The notes under the pieces: generated by a model
What the model was told of the DNA's origin: nothing
The model's database searches: none
What the model saw: only the letters and a program-made list of their open reading frames with translations
Shown: positions 43,974 through 57,650 of the stretch, piece after piece
How the letters are laid out: each line of letters begins with the position of its first letter
Numbering within the stretch: the first letter of the stretch is position 1
Source: the human T2T-CHM13v2.0 reference genome, Homo sapiens
Direction of reading: 5' to 3'
NCBI GenBank assembly: GCA_009914755.4
Contig: CP068257.2
Coordinates: 19,200,001-19,264,000, forward strand
Length of the DNA stretch: 64,000 nucleotides
Position numbers and translations under genes: made by a program

Positions 43974-46900
43974 GCAGTTGTCCTCAACACTCATCACTGA
44001 TATAAAATGAAAAAAGGAAGAAGTGATGACATTGTAACCATGGTTTTCCCTATAGTTCCTGTGTCTGCTGTGCATTTTACCTTCTAATTTTCCTAGAGTT
44101 GGATTTTAAATGATCCAGTTCTAAAGCACAATTTTCACTAGTACTTGAAATATCTCTCTTGAATACTTAACTTCCATATTACTCTGATGAGCAAGACAGG
44201 CCATGTTAGGGAAAACCCTCAAGTGAATTCATGTTCCTTTCTTAAACCAAAAAAATTCAAATCACGTTTCCCTTCCTTGGGAGTGAATCTACTCCATACT
44301 AAGGTACGTGCAAAGCAGAACTTTTCAAGATAAAAATGTATTCAGAACCCATAAAACTATTTTTTTATATTTATATCTTTTCTTCTTTCTCAAAGTTCAT
44401 GGTCTACAGTTTTTTTTCTCCTCTTCCCCAAACATACAATGAAAAAGTGAAAAAAGACTTTTGTAACTATGAGGTTGCAAATTCACTGAAGAACCAAGTC
44501 ATTATTCATTTCAGCATGTCTCTTTCGTGATGACTAATGTATGCAATTCCATCATTACCAATAAACATTGGTCCCATGTTGAATTTTAGTTTTTTATAAG
44601 ATAGTATGCAACAGTAAAACAATTCTCAGTTAAGGAAACAGAAGACTAACATTCTGAGAAATGAAAATAAATAAATTTTAAGAAAAACCTTCTAATTTTT
44701 GAAAGTAATGTTAGTGCAGGATCTGTGTATGAAGTTATAGAATAAACAACACTGGAATTGTTATATAGGGTAGTATACAAATATATAGCCCTTAGGAAAA
44801 AAAAATATTCTTGCTCTTGGCTCCTGCTGACTAAACACTATTTGCCATTTTGGTCTTATTTCTGGTAACTAAACTCTTGAAATCAATGGTCCATTTAATT
44901 TTAACTCTTTTCTGTTTCTGAAAAACCCTACACCTGCCCACCTACACTGTGTTCTACCTAGCACACTTTTTTGTTTCCCTTTAATTATTTAGTTCCTGCT
45001 TAACCTATTAGTTTGGTATTTCAGGATCTTGAGCCTTCGAATCTGGGTCCGTTCCCATTCCCATTGCACCCTCTGGTGGCCATCTCCATATCCATCTTAG
45101 TTAATTAAGCCAATTTTGATTAATTCCATACTCTTACACTGGTGGCAGGTTGGTTCAGAAAAAGGCAACTGATGCGATTCTAACCAGTAGAACCAGAAGT
45201 AAATTCTACAGGAAGCCGCCTAAGGAAAGTTTTCTTATTCACAAAATAGAGTCACAGGAAACTGTAGTATCTCCTCTATTTTCCAAAATGCACTATTATT
45301 ATCACTGTTGCTGCTGCTGTTGATGTTGTTTAATTTTGTTTTGTTTGACATAGTTCTGCATCTGCTATTACCATAGTTATAACAGCTTAACATTAAAATT
45401 TTTTTAAATGGAAAACAGAGACATGAGAAGAAAGTCTGTTTCTGTTCGCTTTGTGACATCAATGAATCAGCCGGTGTTAGAGGTCAACTTCAGCAGTCAT
45501 TTTACATTTATTTTGTCCATCCAGAATGTGAATTGCCTTCTATGTTTGCAGACACTTCCGCTTCTTGAAAAACAGCCTGAAACTCGTTATGAAATCTGAA
45601 ATGCCTTATATTCACTTTCCTACCCCTCCTTGTGTTGGAAGACATTTCCCCATGGATTTCTTGCATTCCTACATAGTCTGAGTACTCTGAGTAAAAGCAT
45701 TTACGGCCAATCATTGTATATGGAAACATTCCAAAACAGTAAAGTATATTTTTTTGGAGGATTTTTTTTACATCTCAGGATAACAAACATAGAAAATCCT
45801 TTCCCTTCTCCCCCAAAGATATTTGCTTATATTCTAGATTAAACCGAATATTCCAGTCTCTCTTTTTCTCTTTGGAGGGGAGGATCGGCAAGACATCAGG
45901 GGCCCTACCTAAAATCAGAGTTTCCTAATTTTGAGGATTTTTTTCCTGTGATGTATTCCACTGAATGTACACATAACATCTGGCTCTCATTGTGTTGCCC
46001 TGTGTGAACTGATGTACAGAGAACCAACATAAGATAAATGGTCTTTGTTTCTGACTAAGGAGTCATCTGTATTATATTAGCCTGCTAAGGTTATATATTC
46101 AACAAAGCAGAACGGATTCAGCATGGCAGCGTGGTCTGTGTTTTCTGTGGCAGACTGACTTGGTAGTTTACAATAGAGTAAAATCACAGATCTTTTACAG
46201 TCTTAGTTAGACTTCATACTTAGAACCAGTGTATTGTCACATGACTTTGAATTCAACAATTGGCATCGCTTGCCCTATATTTTCAACTGGAAATATTGAT
46301 ATGAAAAATCAGGTACCATGCTGAAATTATAAACGCATTGGTTGAATTCTCCAGCATCCATCGGTGGTTATGTCTGCAGTGCTGTCTGCCCACACTGTGC
46401 CTATGGGCTTTGTCAACCCTGGGGATTCTAGTAAACATAAGTCAGCTCGTGTCATTCCTAAGCTCTTCCCTACCGTAAAAGAATTTGTTATTCTCAGTAA
46501 CACCTATTGCAGTTTTGTTTATTTCATTGTATAGTTTCTATGTTCCACACTGGAATGCAGTCTACAAAAAGGAAGGGATCGTATATCCCTCTGTCAACAC
46601 ATGATAGACTCTCAAAACTATTTCTGAGGAAATAAATATCAGGAATTTGAAGAAAAACATTATTGACTTTTAACAGTTTTTGAGGAAATTATCTATTGTG
46701 AGGAGTGTATAGATACTTTAGCATCTATAAATTAAAATTTTCACTCAAATATCTGAAGAATAAGTAGAAATGTTATTATGAAGAATAAAATATAACAATA
46801 TAGAGAGTATATAAAAATTTTAGTGCTAAAGTGCCAGTATGATTAGCTGTTGCATTAGTTACCTAGCTGCACATAGATTATTCAAAAACTTAGCATCTTA

Positions 46901-48414
46901 AAACAGAAAACATTTCATTATCTCACACAGATTTTGTGGTTGGGGAATCCTGAAGTGGCTTAGCAGAGGAATTCTGGCTCCAAATCTCTCATGTGGTTGT
47001 CATGATTTGGTTGTGGCTGCTGTCATTTGAAGGCTTGGCTGTGGCTGGAGGATTCGCTTTCATGATGGGCTCACTCCCAGAACTACCAAATTAATCTGCC
47101 TGTTGGCAGGAGTACTCACTTTCTCATCATATGGACCTATCCATTGCAGTGTTGCAGTGTTGCAGTAGACTTAATCATAGCAGCAGCGTTCCCCCAAAGG
47201 GTGATCTGATAGAACAACGCAATACCAAAATGTCTTGTATGACTTAGCCTTGGAGTCATATTCTGTAATTTCCCTGGTATCATGTTGGTTACACCATTTA
47301 GCTTGATTCCACAATGGAAGGGACCTAACCAGGGCCTGACCACCACAAGGTGAGAATGGAGGGGGGCAACAATGGAGGCTGCTTACCACTGCAATAATGC
47401 CAGTCTTGGAAGTTCCACCTCCTACCAAGGAAAGCGTGGATCTTACAGGCTCTGTTAAGCATGTTTATATTAATTGACAAAGGGAATGACAAGGACAAGC
47501 CAAATAATGAGACTAGTGGATTTAGTTTTGTGGTATTATGTGAGATTTTTAATTTCTCTAGGCATTATTTTTCATTCCTACTTAAAAGAGCTGTTGTGAT
47601 AATGAAATTGAACATGTGTTGAAAGACTTGACAACTCTAACATAGTAGTAGTAGTATGTACATAGGATTGATTATTTTCATCATCAAGAACACCTCTTAT
47701 CCACACAATTTCCAGCAGAGATAATTTAACTGACATGGAGATTGAATTAGTACTATATTCTTGCCACATGATTTTTTGGATGTTGGCAGGTTATATGTAT
47801 GATAAACTGACTGAAAACTCAAGACTTCCTCACATACAGTAAGTGTTCATGGTACTTACTTACTAATTCTAATCCCTAGCAGATGTTTTCATTAAAATAA
47901 TCATAGTGAAAACTAACATATGAGCATTGGTTAGGAGCAACCATCCTGTATTTACATTTTGATCAATATCAGAAGAATTGCACAGACTCTCATAAAGCAT
48001 GTTGAAAAGAGACTTTAAAGTGCATTGTATAATTTATGGTATGTTACAAAGAATTTTTTTTCTCAATTTCTAGAAAGTATCTGAAGAAAGAGTATCTGGG
48101 GAGAAAATCATTTGTTTTGGATAAACTTCTGTCTCACAATATTTATCTTCCAATTTGATCTCTTTTAGAAACTGTTACTTGAGCTCCATTTTTCCCACTT
48201 GGTTACTTAGGTTCTATTTTCCCTACTGTACCAGGGCCAACTGAATCTATTACAAAAGCCCCTTAGCATTTTCTTCTGATTCTGTTGTCAAACTTCTTGT
48301 AACCTCCAATCATTAATATGTTTCTGAATTTTTAGTGAGAATATTGCTCTACATAGTTAATTAAAATTTAAAAGTACACCTAAACTTATGCCTAATATGA
48401 TACATGTTATATAT

Positions 48415-49915
48415 ATTTTAAATTTCAACTTTTACTTTAGATACAGTGGGTACATGTGCAGATTTGTCATGTGGGAATATTCCATGATGCTGAGGTTTGG
48501 AATATGGATCCCATCACCCAGATAGCAAGCATAGCATCTGATATCTTGTTTCTAACCCACCCCACCTCTAGTAGTCCACAGCATCTGTTCTTCCCATGTT
48601 TATGTGTATGTGTGCTGAAAGTTTAGCTCCTTTTTATAACTGAAAAATGTGGCATTTTGTTTTCTGTTTCTGCCTTAATTCGTTTACAGTTACAGCCTCC
48701 AGTTCAGTCCATTGTTGCTTCAAAGGACATGATTTCATTCTTTTTTATCGTTGCATAGCATTTCATGGTGTATATGTACTACATTTTCTTTATTCAGTTT
48801 ACCATTGATGGGCACCTGGGTTCATTCCATGTCTTTGCTATTGTGAATAATGCAGCAATGAACATATGAGTGCATGTGTCTTTTTGGTAGAATGATTTTT
48901 TTTTGGTATTTTTTATTAGATAGGTAGATGTAGATACAGACATAGATATACATAGGTATATAAAATACAAGTAATGGGATTGCTGGGTCAAATGATAGCC
49001 CTGTTTTAAGTTCTTTGAGAAACCTCCAAACTGGTATCCACAGTGACTAGACTAATTTACATTCACACCAACAGTGTATAAGTGTTCCCTTTTCTCTTCA
49101 ACCTCTCCAGCATCTGTTGTTTTTTGACTTTTTAATAATAACCATTCTGACTCATGCGAGATGACATGCTATTGTTGTTTTGATTTGCATTTCTCTAATG
49201 ATTAGTGATGCTGAGTATTTTTTCATGTTTGTTGACCACTGGTATGTCTTCCTTTGAGAAACATCTGTTCATGTCCTTTGCCTATTTTTTAATGGGGTCA
49301 TTTGTCTTTTGTTTGTTGATTTGAGTTCCCTATAGATTTTGGATATTAGGCCTTTGTTGAATGCATAATTTGTAAATATCTTCTCCTATTCTGTAGGTTG
49401 CTTGTTTGTTCTGTTGATAGTCTCTTGTGCTGTGCAGAAGCTCTTTATTTAATTAGGTCCCGCTTGTGTATTTTTGCTTTTGTTGCAATTGCTTTTGGTG
49501 ACTTAGCCAAAAATTCTTTGCCAAGGCTGATGTCAAAAAGAATATTTCCTAGGTTGTGATCCGGGATTTTTATAGTTTGAGGTTTTAATATATAAATCTT
49601 TGCTCTATTTTGAGTTAACTCTTGTATATAGTAAAAAGTAGGGGTCCATCTTCAATCTTCTGCATATGGCCAGCCAGTTATCCCGGCATCATTTATTGAA
49701 TAAAGAGTCCTTTTCCTAATGCCTGTTTTTGTCAGCCTTGCCAAAGATCAGATAGTTGTAAGAGTGTGGCTTTATTTCTGAGATCTACTCTATTCCATTT
49801 GTCTATTTGTCTGTTTTTGTACCAGTTCCAAGTTGTTTTGGTTACTGTGGCTTTATAGTATAGTTGGAAGTCGGGTAGTGTGATGCCTCCAGCTTTACTT
49901 ACAAAGGTATTCTCA
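48415..49915 (-). mobile_element. L1 (LINE-1) 3' portion covering ORF2 C-terminal region and 3'UTR, antisense, about 1.5 kb
   Basis: The sequence 'tttcaacttttactttagatacagtgggtacatgtgcagatttgtcatgtgggaatattccatgatgc…ttttatcgttgcatagcatttcatggtgtatatgtactacattttctttattcagtttaccattgatgggcacctgggttcattccatgtctttgctattgtgaataatgcagcaatgaacat…gtaatgggattgctgggtcaaatgatag…gatttgcatttctctaatgattagtgatgctgag…ggtagtgtgatgcctccagcttta' is collinear with the antisense L1PA/L1PB consensus. Confidence 0.9.
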
Positions 49916-51960
49916 CTCATGTCTTAAGGTACTTAAGAGTAAATGTTCTAAAATATCACATATATTTTAAAGATATTTGAAGGTCTTTAATTGCTACTGT
50001 TAAAAGTACAGTGATTGTGTTTCTAATACTTAAAACATTAGTTGTGTTAAAATATAACAGATTATCTGAATTTTTTTTCTCAATTTGAATGGATACCCTC
50101 ATGTAGACCAATGGCCTATGTAAATTTCCAATTTTATATAGAAGATATTTGGGGCTTAAACCTTTTATCCTTTTACAAATTCACATAGCTGAATTTAAAA
50201 TTTTTACATGATTCTAAATACATTGGAAGGGAAAATTCAAAACTGAAGTGTTTAATCCTTTTTTTAAAAAATCACATTATGTCTAATGTCTAATTCACTG
50301 TCTGTGACTATTAGGTATCTTCTGGCACTGTAATATTCCAGGTTGTTCCCTCCCACTGAAAATCTGTTCTCATATTATTTTTCCCAGATAGCAATGATAT
50401 TTCATTTTTCAAAGTTCAAGCTTGTTTTTCTCACAGTTTTTTAAAATAAAAGTTACTCGTCTTACAAAACTACTTAACAGTTTACCTCTATCCTCATAGT
50501 TCACATTTTATGTTGTCTGTCTTATAACTAATTAATTAAAATGTGATAAAAATGCCCCCAAAATAAAACTATTCAAATACGTGACTTGAAGTAACAAGAA
50601 AGAGGACAAACATTTAAATTTTCTTCAAAGCAACTTCAAGGTATGAACTTTGTTATGATTCTCTATGTATTCAATAAAACACTGCTCTATACAACTAATT
50701 AAACATTTCACACCATGACCTTTCTTTGTGGGATTAATCTATGTACTAAGAGATTTAATTGGATACTGGGTCAAGCATTGGATGATGTATAGAAAAACAT
50801 CTATTGCCCACGCACAGAAATTCATGAAACCAAACAAACAAAGACATCGATTATCTAGAAATTTCAGGTTAAAAATGACCTTCTCAGTTTTAAATAATAG
50901 GTTTGTTTTCAAAATTAGGTTGACTTCAAAGTTTTAGATATACTGGCATTATCCTTATTTTAATGTTGGTTATTCATAGAAAGAGCCAATACCTATTTTT
51001 TTAAAGGGGTTAAATATGTCTCATATGATATCTTTAGATTTCAGGCTCTATTATTACATTTATGAAGTATATTGCAATTATCTATTTCTAGCTACTCAGC
51101 TAAATGTTCAGCTCTCAATGTCTATTCATTTAGTATCGTCTATGTTAAAAATGCAAAACAATTATTATCTTTCAATTAAACTGTTCTACACTTTCTAGAG
51201 GCTGATTTCTAAGCAAATAAGATTACTAAAGAATAGTATTCATTCAAGGTTAGAAACGGATTGTGAAATTTAAGTGAATTTCTTACTTATATATGAGGCC
51301 AATTTTATCGAGCATTTTTCATGGTCATATGGCTTATTAATAGAAGGCAAGCTAAAGTATATCTCAATCACACAACAAATTAAGTACCATGCAATATTTA
51401 ATTGGTGGTACTCATGGGGTGTAATAATAAAATTAACTTTATTTCTGTCTTCCATCTTAAATCTCTCAGTCTGGATTTTCTTCCCCTTAAACAAACTTGA
51501 AAAGGTAGAAGGACTCCATGGCATTTCTGATCACAATTAAATAACAAAAAGTCCAACAGCCATTTAATAATAGAAACACAGTTTCAATTCGGTAATTAAA
51601 AACATCCAGTATATTAATCGATACTACAATGATCATTCAATGATAAGACTTTTTTTTTCTCAGCTAAATCCAGCTGTAATGGTTGTCAGCTGCTTTAAGG
51701 TAAAGGAGGCGTCATGTTTTGTCTCTCACTCATTACTCGTTAATTTTTCTTTTTTCTACTATTTAACCCCAAGGGAACAAAGAGATTGGAGAGAAGAGAG
51801 GTGAGGAAATCAAAGAGTTTAATTCACTGGTGCTTTGTAAGATGGCTTTGCAGTCTTCTCATTATTAAATATTTAAAGCTTATTCTTTCACAGGTACTTT
51901 CATAAGTCCTTTGCTGAATTCTTCAATTAAGACATGGCCTCCACTTTTCCTTTAGCCAGC

Positions 51961-52388
51961 TGCTATGGTTTGAGTGTGTCCCCCAGGTTTCATATGTTGA
52001 AAATTTGGTTCCTGGTGTGGTCATTTTGGGAGGTTGGGTCTTTAAGAAGTGATTAGGTCATTAAGAGGAATAATGCCACTCTCTTGGAACTAAGTAATTT
52101 CTCACAGGAGTAAATGAGAGCAGATAAGTTACCTTCTCCAGAGACCAGATTAGCTACCTCGAGAGAGGGTTGTTATAAACTAAGGCCACCCTTTGCGTTT
52201 TGCCCCTTTCAAACACACCCACTTCCTTCTTCCTCTTCTCTGCCTTGTTACAATGAATTATGAAAGCCCTGGCCAGAAGCTCCTGCCATGTTTTTGGACT
52301 TTGCAGCCTCCAGAACCATGAGTGAAAACAAACCTCTTTTTTATAAATAACTGATTTCAAGTATATTGTTACAGCAACAAAAAACAGG
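51961..52388 (+). mobile_element. ERVL-MaLR solitary LTR (THE1/MST-like), plus orientation
   Basis: The sequence is 'tgctatggtttgagtgtgtcccccaggtttcatatgttgaaaatttggttcc…gggaggttgggtctttaagaagtgattaggtcattaagaggaataatgccactctc…ctgccatgtttttggactttgcagcctccagaaccatgagtgaaaacaaacctcttttttataaataactgatttcaagtatattgttacagcaacaaaaaacag'. Confidence 0.8.
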
Positions 52389-52436
52389 AAAAGTCAGCAA
52401 CCACTTCAGATTTTTATTCTTCAGTGTCTGCTCCAC

Positions 52437-52486
52437 AGGGGTCCTATTATTGCTGGGGTCCTACTATTGCTGGGGTCCTACAGCCA
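52437..52486 (+). repeat. 17-bp tandem repeat of about 2.8 copies, between two LTRs
   Basis: The copies are 'ggggtcctattattgct', 'ggggtcctactattgct' and 'ggggtcctacagcc'. Confidence 0.9.
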
Positions 52487-52730
52487 CAGCAGACTATCTC
52501 TTGGGCTGACTTCCCTACAGTGGTTGCTATTGATTTCAGGAACCACACATCTTTGGTCCACTGTCTGACAGTAGTGTAGCTGCTTTCAAGTTTTTAGGCC
52601 CCCTTTCTGATGACTTTGGTCACTACTTTCCACAAGTGCGAATTAGAATTTCATTGTCTGTGCCCTTCTAACTACATAAAGTACAATGTAAGCTCTAGGA
52701 ATGACCTAGTTAAAACCTTATATGGTCTGA

Positions 52731-53068
52731 ATATTTGTGTCCTGCAAAAGTTGTATGTTGAAACCTAATCACCAATGTGCTGATGTTAAGAGGTGATTAC
52801 ATGATGGCAGTACAGCCCTCATTAATGGGATTAGTATCCTTATAAAACTAGGCCAACAGAGCTCCTTAGTCTTTTTAGCTATGGAGGACACAGCTGGAAG
52901 ACACCATCTATAAATCAGAAAGCAGGCCCTTGCCAGACACCAAATTTATTGGCACTTTGTTCTTGGGTTTCATAGCTTCTAGAACTATGAAAAATAATTT
53001 TCTGTTGTTTATAAGCTACCAAGTTTATCGCATTTTGTTATAGCAGCCTGAACCAGCCAAGATAACAG
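52731..53068 (+). mobile_element. ERVL-MaLR solitary LTR (MST-like), plus orientation
   Basis: The sequence is 'tatggtctgaatatttgtgtcctgcaaaagttgtatgttgaaacctaatcaccaatgtgctgatgttaagaggtgattacatgatggcagtacagccctcattaatgggattagtatccttataaaactaggcc…cttgccagacaccaaatttattggcactttgttcttgggtttcatagcttctagaactatgaaaaataattttctgttgtttataagctaccaagtttatcgcattttgttatagcagcctgaacc'. Confidence 0.8.
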
Positions 53069-56000
53069 CCCTCTGACTAGGCTTAAGGTTAGAAAAAGAA
53101 CCTTATCACCTCCTCTATACTCTTTTCTCAGTGGAGAGTAGGTTAAGGCTAACGGCACTTCCTGAAAATGTGGCTCAAAACTCATCCTTTTCTATCCATA
53201 CTCTCAAACACTTCACATCATAGATATGAACAAGGGAACCATTTATCAGTCAACAGCTTTAAATCTCCACATGGACCAGCAAATCTTTTGAGATAAAACA
53301 AATTTTGGACTTTGATAGTTTAGCTAAGAGTTTTGAGTTTAGCTTTTTTTTATAGGTGCTACATATTAGACATTATCATGGAGATGCAATTCTGAACACA
53401 AATAATTATGGTGTCTGTGCTCATGGAGCTTAGTGTCTATTAATTGAAGGGAAATTAGACATTATTTAAATAATAATAAAGTGTATAAGTATGGGAGGTG
53501 CTTGGAAAGGGAAGCGAATGTTGTTGTGAGACGTATTCTAAAGATGGTTGGACGAGTAGAAGGATAAGTGGAGCCTTCTCTAGGTAAGGAAACATTTCTT
53601 TGAGATTTGAATGTTGATAACAAATTAATTCCATAGCAGGAAAAGTGGGGTATAGGGAGAGTTATGAATAACATATGAGGCAGAGGAAACTTCTCTGTAA
53701 TGTTTTAAGTTGTGACAGACAGAACAAAAATGGTCTATGGGGCTTGTTTGAGAGAGCGAGGAGTTCTTGCGGGAACGATATGAGGACTGAGATTTTCACA
53801 GAGAGCAGAAAGTTATGCAGGGCACAAGGGGCAATGTTAAGCGTTTATTTTTTTGTCTTAAATGCAGTGCAAATCCAGCAAAGGGTTCTGAGTTGAGGGT
53901 AGAAGTTGAGGATGAAATTAATATTTTGAAAAGAGTCATTGGTTGTAATTGGAAAAAAAATAGATTTTTTGTAGAGAAGCATGCAATAGTGGATGAGGAA
54001 GACAAAGAGGCAACTGCAACACTCTGTGTGAGATTTGTTTCAACTAGAGTGAGATAGCAAGATCTTGCAACTTTACCATACAGCTTATAACCTCACTTGC
54101 CCAGCTTTACTTTTTAGACTGTCTGGTTGCCTGGTTGCTAGAACAGACACATTTTTGACAAGGTTTAGAGTGGCACATTTTATAAAATGATAGGAGGCAA
54201 ATGTAGCCCACCAGTGAAAGTCTGCCTAATGGCTGATGCAGAAAGTTCCACTGACTCTATACACTTCAGGTTCAAGTATCATCTATGGTACTTTACTAAA
54301 TTTGATATTGTTTAGACATTAAAGGAGATTCACATTAGATAACTACTTAAAAACAAACTAAATGGGTGCTACCTTTATCTTCGTGTCTTTCTTACAAAAT
54401 GCTTGCATGACTTATAAGGCAATAGCATGCGTAGAACAACTCCTTAGTGCAAAAGAGTGTATCTGCAATGATATTTTGGGAAGTGTCCACTACCCACTCT
54501 TAATCCTTGCAGAAAAGGGCTTTCATGACATGGATGCTTTCTATTACTAAAACATGCTGTAATCTTCCACTAGTCCCCACCTCACAGTTTATACTCCAAC
54601 TTTGGTAAGCTATTTTTGTTCCCATGACCCACCATGTAGTTTCATGTTGGTAGAGTTTTCCAAGTCTCTTGGCTTAAAAAAAGGTTGTGTCCCTCCCATT
54701 CTCTTGGATTTAGATTTCTTGTTCTTTAGCATTTAGCTCAGATGCCATCACAATTAGGAAGCCCCAATATCTCTTGTCACTACTCCAATCCCAACCTCAA
54801 AGCAGGTTTAAATATCCTCCTCTTGTCTTCTCTAAAGTCCATTAAAGTTTTATTCATTTCACTTGTCACGTGTAATTAGAATTTTCTCTTTGAATATCTG
54901 ATTTTCCTACTTCAAACTCTTTGATAGGTTTGTTTTTAATTCGCTTATGCCTGCTTAGAACTTAGTACACTGTGTAAATGATAGATACACGGAAAATATT
55001 TGTTGGAGTAAACTAAGCTGGTGTCCCACAAAATCTTTTCAGTGTTCACTATGAAAACACTTCTTTGAAAAGTGTGCCTTGTTACGTGTATATTGGCTCT
55101 AATGGTTATTGTTGAGTGCAATCTTTCATTCAGGACATGCACCTCGACTTTGACACTAATTAGATTGAATCAGTTAATAAGATTGCCATGGCATATTTAT
55201 GACAACAGTTGTGGAAATAAGTTATTACCTCTGTAGAGATATTTCAAATTAATCTTATATTTTCTCCAGTTTCTTCATCTTTAGATATGCCAAATAAGGC
55301 AATTGAGCATTCACTTTTTTTCAGAATGCATTTTAGGAGTAATTTTGAAGTGTGAAGTGTTGAAATAATATGCATTTATCTTTTTCCTCTTATCTCAGAG
55401 CTCAAAATGATAATTTATTATATTGAGATTGTAGGAGCTAGCACTATGGAAATGCATAAAAATAAAGAACATAAAACTTTTTGTAATAATTTGCTTTTTG
55501 GCAAACAAAGTTTAAATTGTCTTTAAATCCTAAAAGTATATTTGTAACAACAAGCTTTATACTATTAATATTTTATGTCAGTATGCATTTGCAACTGATA
55601 AAGTCTCTTGAAATATAATATTATTTCATTCAGAATAATATTTTTTGTATTTGTGGATCTTTGTGTTGTGCTAGGAACTGAGGCTACAAATAAAAAGAGA
55701 CATAATTTCTATTCTCCTGGATATTTCATTCTAATTAGGGAGACATATAACAATTAGGATGATGAGAATTAATGGCACAAAGTGCTTGCTAGGGTTAAGG
55801 GCAGTGACACTGAGGGTTTTCCTAAAATTTTTGAGGTAAGACAAATAACATTGTCTTTTGGTTGACAAATGAATTCGCAAAGAAATAATGGTAAAAAACC
55901 TGAAGATATAAGGAACAAGTTACTGAATGTAGAGATCATATTTAAAGAAGTGGCTACTCAGAACAGAGGTTGGACAGTGGAAAAAGAGGATCATAGAAGC

Positions 56001-56225
56001 ACACATAGTTTTAATCAAAGGGCTGTTTAAGGGAATGAGGATTTTAGTAAAATTGTTTTAAATATTCTAGCTCAATGGCTGTTTAATTATATCATTAAAA
56101 GTTATGCTAGAAGTTCATGCAAAAAAAAATTTTAAGAAGACCACACACTTTGTAAAGATGAAAACCATAATATATGTTATTTTTTCAATTCTTTTCATTA
56201 TTGTTTCATGCTAACCAAACACACT

Positions 56226-56521
56226 TTTTTTTTCTGAGATATTGGAGACAGGATCTCTCTCTGTTGCCCATACTAGAGTGCAATGAGGCAATCATAGCTC
56301 ATGGTAAACTTTAACTCCTGGGCTCCAGCGATCCTCCTACCTCAGCCTCCCAAGTAGCTAAGACTACATCCATGTACCACCAGGATCAGCTACTATTTGT
56401 ATTTTTTTTTTTTTTAGAGACAGGGTCTCACTGTGTTGCCCAGGCTGGGCATAAGTGATCCTCCCACCTCCTCAGCCTCCCAAAGCAATGGGATTACAGG
56501 TATGAGCCACTGTGCCTGGCC
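56226..56521 (-). mobile_element. Alu SINE, older (AluJ-like), minus orientation
   Basis: The copy runs from poly-T plus 'ctgagatattggagacaggatctctctctgttgcccatactagagtgcaatgaggcaatcatagctcatggtaaactttaactcctgggctccagcgatcc' through a mid A-rich linker to 'agagacagggtctcactgtgttgcccaggctgg…gggattacaggtatgagccactgtgcctggcc'. Divergence is high and few CpGs remain. Confidence 0.9.
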
Positions 56522-57238
56522 TAACCAAGCAAACTTTCATTGTTATGTGGTTTCTAGGTCTCCTACAGGGCAAAAAGTAGTGCTGGTTAGGCCAAGATAA
56601 ATATTCCTATCTCAATGAAAATTACACATCTCTTTATGTTGACAGATGATGTTCTGATGTGAGCTGATGTGAGCTAGTTTAATATAAAGCTACCATTAGA
56701 AATAGGTAGGTCCAAAATGCTCTAAAGGAATCAAGTTGCAGTACCTGCAGAAGTGGAGACTATGGCAAATTTGACAACATAGAAAAGATTCTAAATGGCA
56801 GAGATTTAGGTAGAATTAGAGAGAGATTAGGTAGAATTTGAGACAGAATGCTTCTTAAGTTCATTTCCTGGGTTAACTACTTGTCATCTTGAAAGATTTG
56901 CTTTCTGTTCATCTGTTTCTTTATCCATGTAAAGTGGGGGAGTATGTTATTTACCTTCTATCATTATTGTCAAGTTATTAATCTATTTTAAAACAGAAAA
57001 CTGTGTTTACAGAATTATAAACAGTAATATATTCTAAAGTCTACTTACAACTTTTAAAAACTTGGAAGGCTGAGCCTCCCTGTGCCTCAATCAGAAAGCT
57101 AGGGGATCAATAAGCCATCGATACAGCTGTTGTCTCCAGAAATACACCATTGTCACTTCGGCCTATGGATCAGAGAGCAACTGCTTCAGTATTTGGTTCT
57201 AGAGCCACACCCTCTCTTTTAGATCATTAATTACAGAT

Positions 57239-57650
57239 TGTTATGGTTTGGATCTGTGTTCATGCTCAAATCTCATATCCAGTTGTAATCGCCAATGTTG
57301 GAAGTCGGGCATGGTGGGAGGTGATCAGATCATGGGGGCGGTTTTTCATGTATTAACACCATCCCCCTTGGTGGTGGTGTGGTGACAGTGAGTTCTCGCG
57401 AGATCTGGTTGTTTAAAAACGTGTGGCACCGCCTTTCTCTCTGTCTTTATCCTGCTCCTACCATATAAGACACCTGCTACCATGTGGCCATCTGCAATGA
57501 GTAAAACCTCCCTGAGACCTCCTCAAAAGAGATGCTGGCATGCTTCCCGTACAGTCTGCTGAACCATGAGTCAATTAAACCTCTTTTCTTTATGAATTAC
57601 CTAGTTTCAGGTATTACTTTATAGCAACGCGAGAACAGACTAATACACAA
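57239..57650 (+). mobile_element. ERVL-MaLR solitary LTR (THE1-like), plus orientation
   Basis: The sequence is 'tgttatggtttggatctgtgttcatgctcaaatctcatatccagttgtaatcgccaatgttggaagtcgggcatggtgggaggtgatcagatcatgggggcggtttttcatg…agttctcgcgagatctggttgtttaaaaacgtgtggcacc…ctgctgaaccatgagtcaattaaacctcttttctttatgaattacctagtttcaggtattactttatagcaacgcgagaacagactaatacaca'. The landmark strings of THE1 are present. Confidence 0.85.

Noticed and set aside
51270-51540. Fully overlapping antisense ORF pair of 84 and 88 aa.
   Set aside because: The region is extremely AT-rich and low in complexity. Stop-codon-poor frames on both strands are expected by chance, and there is no coding periodicity.
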